Origin: a bacterium
GTDB taxonomy: Bacteria; Desulfobacterota; S145-22
Direction: 5' to 3'
Assembly: GCA_027004185.1 (NCBI GenBank)
Contig: JALTIG010000286.1
Location: 1-45,398, forward strand
Length of the DNA: 45,398 bases
The notes beneath the pieces are model-generated. The model was not told where the DNA came from and searched no databases. It was given only the letters and a program-made list of their open reading frames with translations. The translations under genes and the position numbers were made by a program. Each line of letters opens with the position of its first letter. Within the stretch, counting starts at the first letter, position 1. This document shows, piece after piece, positions 1 to 10,168 of this stretch.

Positions 1-2727
1 TCATTTCTTTTTAGCCATCCGCTGTAAGATCTCTTTGAGCTTATTCAACTGCTGACCATATTTGGCCCAGTCCCCCTCTTTCAGGTATTCCAAGGCCTTA
101 TTATAATGGGCCAAGGCCTCCCGGGCCGATTGTGACAAGGGTTTTGTTGTTGGTGCTCCGGCAAGAGCTTTCTGCACCTGTGAGGAAGGAATAGCTTCCA
201 ACGAAAAGATGGCTCGTAATGTATTATCCAGACTGTTACGCATCTGCAACTGATCACCAAGGGCTACGATCACGCGTTTAAGCTCCGGCATCTGGCTTTG
301 CTCAGATTGAAGATAGACTGGTTCCACGTATAAAAAGGCGTGTTCAATCGGGATAACTAACAAGTTACCCCGAATAACATTCGATCCCATTTGACCCCAA
401 AGGGTCAACTTAGAAGAGATATCTGGTTTTTGATTTATCCGTGCATCAATTTGCAATGGCCCGTAAATCAGTTTTTCCTTGGAGAGCCTGTATTCTAGCA
501 ATTGACCATAATTTTTTCCATCACAACGGGCACATAACCAAGCCACCATATTGTTTTTGTTCGATGGTGTAAAGGGAAGCATCAAGATAAACTCTTCCGA
601 TTTAGCACCTGGCAACCTCATAATGATATAATACGGAAGCATCCCTTGCTCACTCTTGTTATAGATCTCCGTAGGCAGGCTCCACAGATCTTCCTGATTA
701 TAGAAAACCTGAGGGTTTGTCATGTGAAAGGTTTTATACACCTCCGCTTGGATCAGGAATAGATCCATGGGATAACGGATGTGCTTTCTCAGAAACTCAG
801 GCATCTTGCTGATAGGCTTAAAAAGGGTAGGAAAAATCTTTTCATAGGTTCGAATCACAGGATCCGAAGGGTCGATAACGTAATAAGCGACATCTCCATT
901 GTAGGCATCGATTACAACCTTCACGGAATTACGGATATAGTTGATTTCAGCGTTTCCCGACAACAACGACAGGGGTTGCGAATAAGGAAACATATTTGAC
1001 GTGGTATAAGCATCCTGGATCCAGTATAGCTTACCATCCGTGCCTACAACCAGGTAGGGATCGGAATCATATTTTAAAAATGGTGCGATGGTCTTATCGC
1101 GATCCGTGATAATCCGGTGAAACATAATGCGACTGTCTTTTGTAAGGTAACGCGTCAACAGAATCTTTATGTCGGATAGATCCCACGTGTAAACCAGTCT
1201 ACGGAAAAGATTCGAAAGCCGGACTCCTCCCCTTCCCTTGTAGGAGGTATAAACATTCCGATTACCCTTAGGGTAATCAAATTCCTTGGTTTTTGTATTC
1301 ACGAGGACATACTGGCTCGTCTGCTCTCCATAATAGATTTCAGGGCGGGCAACGGAAAGGAAACGCGAATAAGGTGGGATATCTTTCACGATCAAATGCG
1401 GCAAACCATCGACCGTTACCTCATTAACTGGGCTCATAACCAATCCGTACCCATGGGTGTACTTCATATGAATGTTAAGCCAGGTATCTGCGCGGGTCGG
1501 AAGCTGCGAAATTGATAACTCCCTTGCTGCAAGGGCCACTTCCATGTAGTTCTTTTTGAAGTGATACCGATCAATATCGACATTCAAAAAGTTGTAATAG
1601 AGCCGGATTTCCTGTAATTGCCTGTAGGTCTCAATCAACGGGCGTGTATCCCAAAGTCTGATGTTGTGAATTGTGGCCCGGTTTTCTTTGATGTCTTTGT
1701 AGGTTATGCCTTCCCGTACAGAAAAAGGCTTTACATTGATTTTATTTAATCCAAACGCCAGACGCGTCAAGTTTATGTTATGGAGGATATACGGGGTTTC
1801 TTTTTTCAATTCGGTGGGTTTTACCACATATTGTTCTATCAAGGCAGGATAAATCCATGAAAAACCGATCAGGACTACAAAAAAGCCCACAATGGAAATG
1901 GCAAGAAATTTCCATTTTTTAAGCAGTGGCATGATAAAAAAGAGAACCGCCACAATAAAAGACAAAATCAGAAGCGTCCAGAAGGCTGGGATCTTGGCGT
2001 GGACATCAACGTAAGATGCCCCATAGGCGGCCCCAGAAGTTGAATACATCAATCCATAAAGTTTTAACCGGTATGTCCATGACACCCCTAAAAGAAACAA
2101 TCCCACTAATACAGATAAATGAGATTTAGCCTTTTGGTTGATGTAAAAGCGGTTTTCAACAACACCCATGGCATGATCTGTTAAATAGGAAACAGCCACC
2201 CCAATAAAAACCATGACAACACATAATAAATACCATCCCTGCAAAAGCTCATAGAATGGCAGTCTAAAAACATAGAAACCTACATCTTTTGAAAAGATCG
2301 GATCGGTAATCCCAAATCTGGAAGCATGCAAAAACTTCAAAAATGTTTCCCACGAATCCGAAGCTTGTACCCCAATAATAATCGAAAACATCAGGATAAT
2401 CCCTGTCCATGAATACCTCGCATATTTTTCGCTAAAAAGGATATCTACTAACGATATACGCTGTTCGGGTGTAAACACCTTTAACAATCGTGTCGAGGCC
2501 CCCCGTTTCCTTGCAACAAAGATGTTTACCCAAGCAAAAATAAAGACTATAAGAAAAACTACAAAAAAAGACAGGAGCTTTGCCCACAGGACTGTAATGA
2601 ATACAGCGCCGAAATTCAGGTTTCGAAACCACATCCAGTTGCCATAGTACTGAATAAATAACGCAAATCCGATCAAGAGCAGTGCTAATAGAAGCCCGAC
2701 TTTGAAAAAAAGTGTTTTAGATCTCAT
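1..2727 (-). CDS. UPF0182 family membrane protein (COG1615), 908 aa
   Basis: N-terminal multi-TM region, then family motifs DPIFSKDVGFYVFRLPF, NIRLWD, QLQEIRLYY, YTHGYG, RPEIYYGE, NYIRNSVKVVIDAYNG and VIRGNLLVIP; stop TGA at 1-3; AAGGAG RBS upstream. Confidence 0.92.
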   Translation of the reverse strand: MRSKTLFFKVGLLLALLLIGFALFIQYYGNWMWFRNLNFGAVFITVLWAKLLSFFVVFLIVFIFAWVNIFVARKRGASTRLLKVFTPEQRISLVDILFSEKYARYSWTGIILMFSIIIGVQASDSWETFLKFLHASRFGITDPIFSKDVGFYVFRLPFYELLQGWYLLCVVMVFIGVAVSYLTDHAMGVVENRFYINQKAKSHLSVLVGLFLLGVSWTYRLKLYGLMYSTSGAAYGASYVDVHAKIPAFWTLLILSFIVAVLFFIMPLLKKWKFLAISIVGFFVVLIGFSWIYPALIEQYVVKPTELKKETPYILHNINLTRLAFGLNKINVKPFSVREGITYKDIKENRATIHNIRLWDTRPLIETYRQLQEIRLYYNFLNVDIDRYHFKKNYMEVALAARELSISQLPTRADTWLNIHMKYTHGYGLVMSPVNEVTVDGLPHLIVKDIPPYSRFLSVARPEIYYGEQTSQYVLVNTKTKEFDYPKGNRNVYTSYKGRGGVRLSNLFRRLVYTWDLSDIKILLTRYLTKDSRIMFHRIITDRDKTIAPFLKYDSDPYLVVGTDGKLYWIQDAYTTSNMFPYSQPLSLLSGNAEINYIRNSVKVVIDAYNGDVAYYVIDPSDPVIRTYEKIFPTLFKPISKMPEFLRKHIRYPMDLFLIQAEVYKTFHMTNPQVFYNQEDLWSLPTEIYNKSEQGMLPYYIIMRLPGAKSEEFILMLPFTPSNKNNMVAWLCARCDGKNYGQLLEYRLSKEKLIYGPLQIDARINQKPDISSKLTLWGQMGSNVIRGNLLVIPIEHAFLYVEPVYLQSEQSQMPELKRVIVALGDQLQMRNSLDNTLRAIFSLEAIPSSQVQKALAGAPTTKPLSQSAREALAHYNKALEYLKEGDWAKYGQQLNKLKEILQRMAKKK

Positions 2728-2863
2728 CCCAAATCTCCTTATGTTGCGTGAAATAAAAAGGAATTTCCATCATTTCTACAATATATAACCACGCCAGAAA
2801 AAAGCAACCCATTGTAGCGATTTCACCTGATGTTGCGAAACTCGTTCTTGAATAGCCCACAAA

Positions 2864-3664
2864 TCATTGGTTTCCACTAAAAATATTCCCTCTTATCACG
2901 CTACGCACTTTCTGAAGGTCCTGTGGTGAATCCACACCAATCCCTTCGTAATCAACCACTACAGTAAGAATAGGAATTCCATTCTCAAGTGCGCGAAGCT
3001 GCTCCAGTTTTTCAAGCTTCTCAAGGGAGGAAGGAGGGATACTGCAAAAGCGTAACAAGGCTTCACGCCGGTAACCGTAAAGCCCGATATGGCGAAATAA
3101 CGGCAAGTTTGTGATGGGCCTCTCATCTTGCTTGACCGCTTTGTTCGTAACTGGAAAACCGGTAAAAAACTCATGTCCACGAATAAAAGGGACAGGAGCA
3201 CGGGAAAAGTAGAGGGCTAACCCTTTTTTATCTCTTACCACCTTGACCACGGATGGGTCAAACAACTCTTTTGCTGATTTAATCGGTGTGATGGGAGTGA
3301 CTATCCCAATATCTCCATTATCTATAAGTGCGTCAACCACTGCATCAATCACCTTTGGATCCATCAAAGGTTCATCTCCCTGTACATTGATGATAATTTC
3401 AGCTTCGACCTTAGAGGCAACTTCTGCTATACGGTCTGTTCCGGACGGATGATCCCTTTTGGTCTTCATCACCTTTCCACCCCATCCCCTTACATCTTTT
3501 TCAATCCTTTCATCGTCCGTAGCTACCCATACAGCATCGATAAGTCTGGCCTTCATCGATCGGTGATAGACATGCCAGATCATGGACTTCCCATTAATGA
3601 GGGCCAACGGTTTGCCTGGAAAGCGGCTAGAGTCGTAACGCGCTGGGATAATGACAATTTTCAT
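2864..3664 (-). CDS. kdsB: 3-deoxy-manno-octulosonate cytidylyltransferase (CMP-KDO synthetase)
   Basis: IIPARYDSSRFPGKPL, SGTDRIAE, INVQGDEP, ALYFSRAPVP, HIGLYGYR, EKLEQLRALENG. ATG at 3664 preferred over the TTG at 3670. Confidence 0.95.
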   Translation of the reverse strand: MKIVIIPARYDSSRFPGKPLALINGKSMIWHVYHRSMKARLIDAVWVATDDERIEKDVRGWGGKVMKTKRDHPSGTDRIAEVASKVEAEIIINVQGDEPLMDPKVIDAVVDALIDNGDIGIVTPITPIKSAKELFDPSVVKVVRDKKGLALYFSRAPVPFIRGHEFFTGFPVTNKAVKQDERPITNLPLFRHIGLYGYRREALLRFCSIPPSSLEKLEKLEQLRALENGIPILTVVVDYEGIGVDSPQDLQKVRSVIRGNIFSGNQ

Positions 3665-3696
3665 TATCAATTAACCCCTTTCTGCACCTTCACTTC

Positions 3697-3725
3697 TTGA
3701 CAATGTTCGCTTGAATTGTTAACCT
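3697..3725 (+). promoter_or_regulatory. sigma70-type promoter for the cooC-plsC-rnj-ftsK-lolA run
   Basis: TTGACA (3697-3702), 17 bp spacer, TAACCT (3720-3725), with an extended -10 TG at 3717-3718. Confidence 0.6.
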
Positions 3726-3802
3726 CCAAGCAATTACAATATCACTATATTTTGGCAAAATAGCACTAAATATGGGTGTAATCAACAAGAGGAGAGTTAA
3801 AT

Positions 3803-4582
3803 TTGAAAATCGCTATATCAGGAAAGGGTGGAGTGGGTAAAACGACCTTAGCTGGGGTACTGGCCCGAATGCTTTCGGCACAAAACGAAACAGTTCTTGC
3901 CATCGACGCGGATCCTGATTCCAACCTCGCTTCCGCTTTAGGCATTCCCACAGCGCGATTGGTAAATGTCACCCCTTTAGCAGAAATGACACATTTCATT
4001 GAGGAAAGAACAGAGACAAAAAAGGGTGGATACGGCTCTATATTCAAACTTAATCCGAAAGTCGATGATATCCCTGAAAAATTCAGTATCGATTTTGAAG
4101 GGGTTAAACTCTTAATTCTTGGAAGTGTTCCGGAAGGAGGAGGGGGATGCTTTTGCCCTGAAAATGTCTTGCTAAAAAATCTGCTCAGCCATCTTTTTAT
4201 CCAACGCAACGAAACCGTTATTGTTGACATGGAGGCTGGACTTGAACACTTGGGACGGGGTTCCACAAGTTACGTGGATGCCTTTATCGTTGTGGTCGAA
4301 CCTGGGATGCGGAGCATTCAAACTGCGTTACAGATCAGAAAATTGGCCTCTGATTTGGGAATAAAACGGGTATTTGTGGTGGGGAATAAGGTCCAGTCTG
4401 ATGAGGATTATCAGGTGATATCTGAGAACCTCGCCGATTTTCCCATCCTTGGGCTCATGAAATACAACCCCAAGATCCTCGAAGCGGACCGAAAGGGGAT
4501 TTCACCTTACGATATTGACGATCAAATAAAAAAAGAGGTGAGAGAGATCCTTGAAAATCTGAGGAATCAGTTTGTCTCTTGA
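3803..4582 (+). CDS. cooC: CooC/AcsF-type nickel-insertion ATPase (CO dehydrogenase / acetyl-CoA synthase maturation factor)
   Basis: MKIAISGKGGVGKTT deviant P-loop, DADPDSNL, GGGGCFCP metal-binding CxC, VDMEAGLEHLGRG. TTG start after AGGAG RBS. Confidence 0.9.
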   Translation: MKIAISGKGGVGKTTLAGVLARMLSAQNETVLAIDADPDSNLASALGIPTARLVNVTPLAEMTHFIEERTETKKGGYGSIFKLNPKVDDIPEKFSIDFEGVKLLILGSVPEGGGGCFCPENVLLKNLLSHLFIQRNETVIVDMEAGLEHLGRGSTSYVDAFIVVVEPGMRSIQTALQIRKLASDLGIKRVFVVGNKVQSDEDYQVISENLADFPILGLMKYNPKILEADRKGISPYDIDDQIKKEVREILENLRNQFVS

Positions 4583-4591
4583 TGGTAGATT

Positions 4592-5365
4592 GTGATGTGG
4601 ATTGTATCGACCATTGGTTATTGGGTTGCGCTAGTCATCTTCACTATACTTTTTTCCGTTATCGCCCTATTTGCCTCTTACCTAGATTCAAACGGTGATT
4701 CCGCTCATCAGGTAGCACGACTCTGGGGGAAGACAATCCTTTTCTTTTCTGGTGTTAAAGTTAAATTGAGTAGCGAAGTTAAGTCGTTATCTTTCGGCAG
4801 ATCTTACATCTTTATGGCCAATCACCAGAGTGCTTTCGACATATTTACGTTGCTTGCTGGCCTCTCCATACCCTTTCGCTGGCTGGCAAAGGAAGAGCTG
4901 TTTAGGATCCCCATATTTGGCCCTTCCATGCGTCGGGCTGGGTATATCCCTATCAATCGCGATAGCCCAAGGGACGCGATCGGGAGCCTCAACAAGGCTG
5001 CGCAAATAATCCGTAAAGGTGTCTCTGTAGTTGTATTTCCGGAAGGAACCCGCTCAGAAGATGGCAAACTTCTACCGTTTAAAAACGGCGGTTTTGTCTT
5101 GGCCATCAAATCTAAGTCGCCCATCGTGCCCACAGCGATCATAGGAACCTTTCAAGTAAAACCGAGGGGACGATTCTCTGTACATCCGAGAACAGTCTAT
5201 ATCCATCTTGGTATCCCTATTGAAACCGAAGGGTATACTACAAGGGATAAGGATGAACTAAAGGAAAAGGTTTCTCATGCCTTGTCTACATTGCTTTCTG
5301 GAAATTATTCGGATTCAATCACTCGAAATAATGACTATACAGGAAAGGAACAAATGATCTTATGA
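4592..5365 (+). CDS. plsC: 1-acyl-sn-glycerol-3-phosphate acyltransferase
   Basis: NHQSAFD (HxxxxD) and FPEGTRS motifs; N-terminal TM segment. Confidence 0.9.
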   Translation: MMWIVSTIGYWVALVIFTILFSVIALFASYLDSNGDSAHQVARLWGKTILFFSGVKVKLSSEVKSLSFGRSYIFMANHQSAFDIFTLLAGLSIPFRWLAKEELFRIPIFGPSMRRAGYIPINRDSPRDAIGSLNKAAQIIRKGVSVVVFPEGTRSEDGKLLPFKNGGFVLAIKSKSPIVPTAIIGTFQVKPRGRFSVHPRTVYIHLGIPIETEGYTTRDKDELKEKVSHALSTLLSGNYSDSITRNNDYTGKEQMIL

Positions 5366-7032
5366 AAAAAAAGGCCTCCCCCCCCGTTCGCCTTGTCCCT
5401 CTGGGTGGATTGGGTGAAATAGGATGTAATATGATGGTACTGGAGATTGGAGATGATATCTTCATCATCGATGCTGGACTTATGTTCCCGGAAGAATACA
5501 TGCTGGGTATCGATTTTGTCATCCCAGACTTCAGCTATTTGAAGGAGAGAAAGGAAAAGGTACGAGCCATTCTTCTGACCCACGGGCATGAAGATCATAT
5601 TGGTGCTCTCCCTTTCCTCCTGAAAGATATCAATGCACCGATTTATGGAACCCCTTTTACATTAGCACTGGTGGAAAGAAAACTCCAGGAATATGAACTC
5701 AGCTCACCTGCACGATTAAGAAAAATCAACCCTCGCGATATATTAACCTTCGGGGATGTAAAATTCGAGTTTATCAGCGTAAACCACAGCATTGCGCAGG
5801 GGATAGGAATTGCCATTCAAACCCCCGTTGGAACAATCCTACACACAGGAGATTTCAAGATTGATCAGACCCCTCTTGGAGACAGCATGATCGACCTTAA
5901 CCGTTTTGCCTACTATGGTGATAAAGGCGTCCTATTGTTGCTGTCTGATAGCACCAATGCTGACTATGAAGGATTTAGTCTCTCTGAGCAAACAGTTAAA
6001 AAACAGCTTAAAAAGATCCTTGCCGATAGTACAGGTAGGGTCATTATCACGGTTTTTGCCTCCAACATCCGAAGAATGCAGGGTGTTCTGGAAGCGTGTG
6101 AGAAGCTGGGAAGAAAGGTTGTCCTTATCGGCCGAAGTATCATAGACAATATCGATAGTGCCAGTAGCTTAGGAATCCTCCATGTCCCCGAAGGTCTCCT
6201 GGTCGATATCAAGGATATCAAAAACCTCGATCCATCAAAAGTAACACTCCTTACGACAGGAAGCCAGGGAGAACCCTATTCCGCTCTTTCCCTCATGGCA
6301 ACCAATTCACATAAACATGTTCAGATACAACCAGGAGACACAGTTATCTTTTCCTCCCGGTTTATCCCTGGGAATGAGCGAGCCATCACCAGAATAATCA
6401 ATCAACTCTACCGGAAAGGGGCTGAAGTGATCTATGAACAGGTAAAAAACGTCCACACCTCCGGTCACGCCTACCAAGAAGAGTTGAAAATGATGCTAAG
6501 TCTTGTTAAGCCAGCATACTTTATGCCGGTTCATGGCGAAATACGCCTCCTGGCTAAACATATCAACCTGGCCAAATCGATGGGGCTATCTAACGATCGC
6601 CTCCTTCTCGCCGAAGATGGCGATATTATCCGGGTCACTCCTTCCGGAATCACCAAAGAAGGTCGGGCGCCCGCGGGTAAGATCTTTATTGACGGGAAAG
6701 GTGTCGGAGATGTCGGAACCTTGGTACTGAGGGACCGAAAGCATCTTTCTGAAGATGGGTTGGTAGTTATTTTGAGCGTCCTGAATGGGGAAAACGGCGA
6801 GATGGTTGGCGAGCCCAATATCATTAGCCGGGGATTTATTTTTGAAGAATTTCACAAGGAAATGCTTCAGGAGGCCAGAACACTGGTTAAAGATACCATC
6901 CTTAACGCCGATTCTGAGCAAAAGAAAGATCCAGGAGAACTCCAAGGAGAAATCAGCAAGGCCTTGAAACGATTCTTTAACTCGCGGCTCAAAAGGCGCC
7001 CTATGATTCTCCCGATTGTTCTCGAAACGTAG
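5362..7032 (+). CDS. rnj: Ribonuclease J
   Basis: PLGGLGEIG, THGHEDHIG, HTGDFK, DSTNA, TTGSQGEP, HTSGH, PVHGE, RRPMILP. Confidence 0.95.
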   Translation: MKKKASPPVRLVPLGGLGEIGCNMMVLEIGDDIFIIDAGLMFPEEYMLGIDFVIPDFSYLKERKEKVRAILLTHGHEDHIGALPFLLKDINAPIYGTPFTLALVERKLQEYELSSPARLRKINPRDILTFGDVKFEFISVNHSIAQGIGIAIQTPVGTILHTGDFKIDQTPLGDSMIDLNRFAYYGDKGVLLLLSDSTNADYEGFSLSEQTVKKQLKKILADSTGRVIITVFASNIRRMQGVLEACEKLGRKVVLIGRSIIDNIDSASSLGILHVPEGLLVDIKDIKNLDPSKVTLLTTGSQGEPYSALSLMATNSHKHVQIQPGDTVIFSSRFIPGNERAITRIINQLYRKGAEVIYEQVKNVHTSGHAYQEELKMMLSLVKPAYFMPVHGEIRLLAKHINLAKSMGLSNDRLLLAEDGDIIRVTPSGITKEGRAPAGKIFIDGKGVGDVGTLVLRDRKHLSEDGLVVILSVLNGENGEMVGEPNIISRGFIFEEFHKEMLQEARTLVKDTILNADSEQKKDPGELQGEISKALKRFFNSRLKRRPMILPIVLET

Positions 7033-7048
7033 ACGCAGGTAAATTACT

Positions 7049-9241
7049 ATGGGCAAGAAAACTGTAATTAGGGAAATCCTTGGGATTTTTTTTCTCGCAA
7101 TGGCGGTTTTTGTTGGGATCAGTTTGATTTCCTATTCACCTACGGATCCCTCTTTAAACGTAGTCTCTCCAGTTGGGCACCCTATCCACAATCTTATGGG
7201 ATACAGTGGAGCTGTCATAGCCGATCTCGTACTCCAGTTTATGGGCATATCTGGATTCGTTCTTCCTCTTCTTTTTCTGCTTGATGCCGTCTCCTGTTTT
7301 TCCTTCTTTTCTCTCTCGAAAATCATTGTAAAAAACATTTCACTTCTACTCGTAGGCTCTTGCATCGGCCTTCTTTTCAACGTGTTCAGTCCACAGGTTT
7401 CTTTTATAGGCCATCCTATTCCCTCCGCAGGTGTCATAGGAACTTTAATTAATCGTTTCAGTACTCGATACTTAGGTAAATTCGGTGCGTTTCTCATTTA
7501 TATTTCCACAGCATGGGCTGCCCTGACACTTCTCATAAACCGTTCTATCGTAGGGATTTTAAAACCCTTTTTCACACTTCCAATAAAGATACTTATAAAA
7601 TTCAAAAACAGAGCAGCTATCCAAAAGGAAAGATCCAAACGTCAACGAATTGTGGAAGAAAAAGAAAAAAAACTAAAATGGGAAGAAACCATTCCGGAAA
7701 TATCACTTGCTCCCCAGGCAGAGAAAAAACATCCCCCAAAGCAGGAACAGTTCGTCTTCATGGAACAACCCGTTGGTGCTAAGACCTTTGTTTGTCCTCC
7801 CCTCTCCCTGCTCAAACCCCAGCCCCGAACTGGCGTGAAAATTGATGAAGATATACTCAAATTTAACTCAAAAATCCTCATCAACAAACTTAATGACTAT
7901 GGAATCCAAGGAAAGGTCGTTCGGGTAAATCCGGGGCCGATCATCACGGTGTACGAGTTTGAACCCGCCCCTGGCATAAAACTCAGTCGCATCGTTAACC
8001 TCACGGATGATTTAGCCATGGCCCTAAGTGCCATAAGCATTCGGATTGTAGCCCCCATCCCAGGTAAATCCGTTGTAGGTGTTGAAATTCCAAACCGGGA
8101 AAGAGAAACAGTGCTTCTGCGCCCCATCTTAGAAGACGAAAGTTTCACGGCGTTAAAACTCAAACTTCCTTTGGCGCTGGGAAAGGATATCTCCGGCGCT
8201 CCTTACATTACTGATTTATCACAAATGCCCCATCTTTTGGTGGCTGGATCCACAGGTTCTGGAAAAAGCGTCGCCCTTAACTGCATGATCCTGAGTCTCC
8301 TTTTCCGCCTTACGCCACAGGAGGTGAGGTTTCTCATGATAGACCCAAAGATGCTTGAGCTCTCCCTCTATGACGATATCCCTCATCTCGTTATGCCAGT
8401 GATAACTGATCCCAAAACCGCCTCAAAATCACTGCAATGGCTCGTTGGAGAGATGGAAAGACGTTACACACATCTGGCAGAGTTTGGAGTTCGGAATATT
8501 CTACAGTATCATGATTTGGTAAAGAAGAAAAAAACGCGTAAGCTCCCCCAGGTTTCAGAAGAAAGTGATAAAGAGGAGTTAGATCCCCTTCCTTACATTG
8601 TCGTGGTTATCGATGAGCTAGCTGATCTGATGATGACGGCTTCAAAGGATGTGGAAGGTGCAATCACCCGGCTGGCGCAAATGGCACGAGCGGTTGGAAT
8701 TCACCTGATTTTGGCTACTCAACGACCCTCCGTGGACGTTCTGACGGGTATTATCAAAGCTAACTTCCCTGCACGGATATCCTTTCGTGTTGCTTCAAAA
8801 ACGGATTCAAGAACCATTCTCGATTCTATGGGAGCAGAAAGCCTCTTGGGCCAAGGTGATATGCTCTTCCTGCCACCAGGTACCTCACAGATGTTACGGC
8901 TTCATGGTGCCTATGTGTCCGGAGATGAGATTGGCAAAGTTGTACAGTTTCTCAAAAAGCAACAGGGCCCCGAATACGTTGGTTTTTCAAGGATTGAAGA
9001 AGTCACCAACATCTCTGATCTACCCCCTTTAGCCGATGGTGAATACGATGAAAAATATGATGAGGCTGTAGCTTTTGTAACAGAGGTAGGGCACGCTTCC
9101 ATTTCCATGGTTCAGCGACGATTCCATATCGGATATAATCGCGCTGCAAGAATTGTGGAAAAGATGGAGGAAGAAGGGATTGTTGCTCCATCCGACGGCG
9201 TAAAACCTCGGAAGGTTCTGGTCCCAAAAATCTATAAGTAG
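7049..9241 (+). CDS. ftsK: DNA translocase FtsK
   Basis: N-terminal TMs, PHLLVAGSTGSGKS, IDPKMLEL, VIDELADLMM, ATQRPSVDV, and gamma domain ASISMVQRRFHIGYNRAAR. Confidence 0.97.
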   Translation: MGKKTVIREILGIFFLAMAVFVGISLISYSPTDPSLNVVSPVGHPIHNLMGYSGAVIADLVLQFMGISGFVLPLLFLLDAVSCFSFFSLSKIIVKNISLLLVGSCIGLLFNVFSPQVSFIGHPIPSAGVIGTLINRFSTRYLGKFGAFLIYISTAWAALTLLINRSIVGILKPFFTLPIKILIKFKNRAAIQKERSKRQRIVEEKEKKLKWEETIPEISLAPQAEKKHPPKQEQFVFMEQPVGAKTFVCPPLSLLKPQPRTGVKIDEDILKFNSKILINKLNDYGIQGKVVRVNPGPIITVYEFEPAPGIKLSRIVNLTDDLAMALSAISIRIVAPIPGKSVVGVEIPNRERETVLLRPILEDESFTALKLKLPLALGKDISGAPYITDLSQMPHLLVAGSTGSGKSVALNCMILSLLFRLTPQEVRFLMIDPKMLELSLYDDIPHLVMPVITDPKTASKSLQWLVGEMERRYTHLAEFGVRNILQYHDLVKKKKTRKLPQVSEESDKEELDPLPYIVVVIDELADLMMTASKDVEGAITRLAQMARAVGIHLILATQRPSVDVLTGIIKANFPARISFRVASKTDSRTILDSMGAESLLGQGDMLFLPPGTSQMLRLHGAYVSGDEIGKVVQFLKKQQGPEYVGFSRIEEVTNISDLPPLADGEYDEKYDEAVAFVTEVGHASISMVQRRFHIGYNRAARIVEKMEEEGIVAPSDGVKPRKVLVPKIYK

Positions 9242-9251
9242 AAGGAATAAG

Positions 9252-9935
9252 GTGAAACCACAAATGACCTTTTTTCGAACCAGAGAATATATGTTTCTAT
9301 TTTTTATTGGCTGCCTCCTTTTACCGCCCCCCTTGTCTGCCCAATCCAATCAAAAAGGTATGGCTTACCTGAAAAAGATAGAAACAAGGTATAAAAACGT
9401 CCAATGTTTCAGAGCCAGGTTTCATCAACTCTCCAAGGCACCGGGTGTTGTCACGAATGAGAAGGCAGGTGGTGTCGTCTATCTAAAGCGGGGGGGCAAG
9501 TTCAGGTGGGATTATGATCAACCGGATATTGTACTGATCATCTGCGATGGAGAAACCCTTTGGATCTACCAGCCTGAAGACAGGCAGGTGATGGTAGACA
9601 AAAGCTTCAGGAAAAGATTGAAGCGGTTTCCCTACACCTTTTTGAGTGGCATTGGTCATTTTGACAGGAACTTTGTCTCCAGGGTGTCAAGCCAAAGGGA
9701 TAGAACTATTACCCTTGAACTTACCCCTAAAAAACCTTTGAAAGAAATCAAAAAAATGCAGATAATCTTTTCTCCACACACCCTCATCATTCGGGGAATT
9801 TCATGGACATCCCACCAAGGCGTTCAGACTATCATCACCTTCGATGATATCGATGTATCCTCAATGATCCCGGACAGTGTTTTCCGTTTTGTTCCGCCAC
9901 CAGGGGTAGATATCGTAAATGCGAACGCCCCTTAG
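9252..9935 (+). CDS. lolA: Outer-membrane lipoprotein carrier LolA
   Basis: Signal peptide, GKFRWDY..P, DGETLWIY, C-terminal FRFVPPPGVDIV; canonical position after ftsK. Exact start uncertain. Confidence 0.85.
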   Translation: MKPQMTFFRTREYMFLFFIGCLLLPPPLSAQSNQKGMAYLKKIETRYKNVQCFRARFHQLSKAPGVVTNEKAGGVVYLKRGGKFRWDYDQPDIVLIICDGETLWIYQPEDRQVMVDKSFRKRLKRFPYTFLSGIGHFDRNFVSRVSSQRDRTITLELTPKKPLKEIKKMQIIFSPHTLIIRGISWTSHQGVQTIITFDDIDVSSMIPDSVFRFVPPPGVDIVNANAP

Positions 9936-10168
9936 AACAAAAATGACTCAATCAAAAACCCCATGTAAGGTGCCATATAATGTTGAGCATTATGAGTTTC
10001 TCACCCTCCTCTGCGTTGGTGTGGATGACTGTTTCCAGTCCTACACCCATGCCTCAGGTCTTCTTGTAGGAATCGCCTCGATGAACACCATAACTATTAC
10101 CACCTCCATAGGAAGGTTGGCGCTCACTTTCTCCCTCAAAACCCTTCGCTTGTTTCCCAATTGGCTTC

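Noticed and set aside
9936-10168. 6S RNA, SRP RNA or Moco riboswitch assignment
   Set aside because: Only fragmentary resemblance and the diagnostic conserved blocks are missing; kept only as an unassigned candidate.
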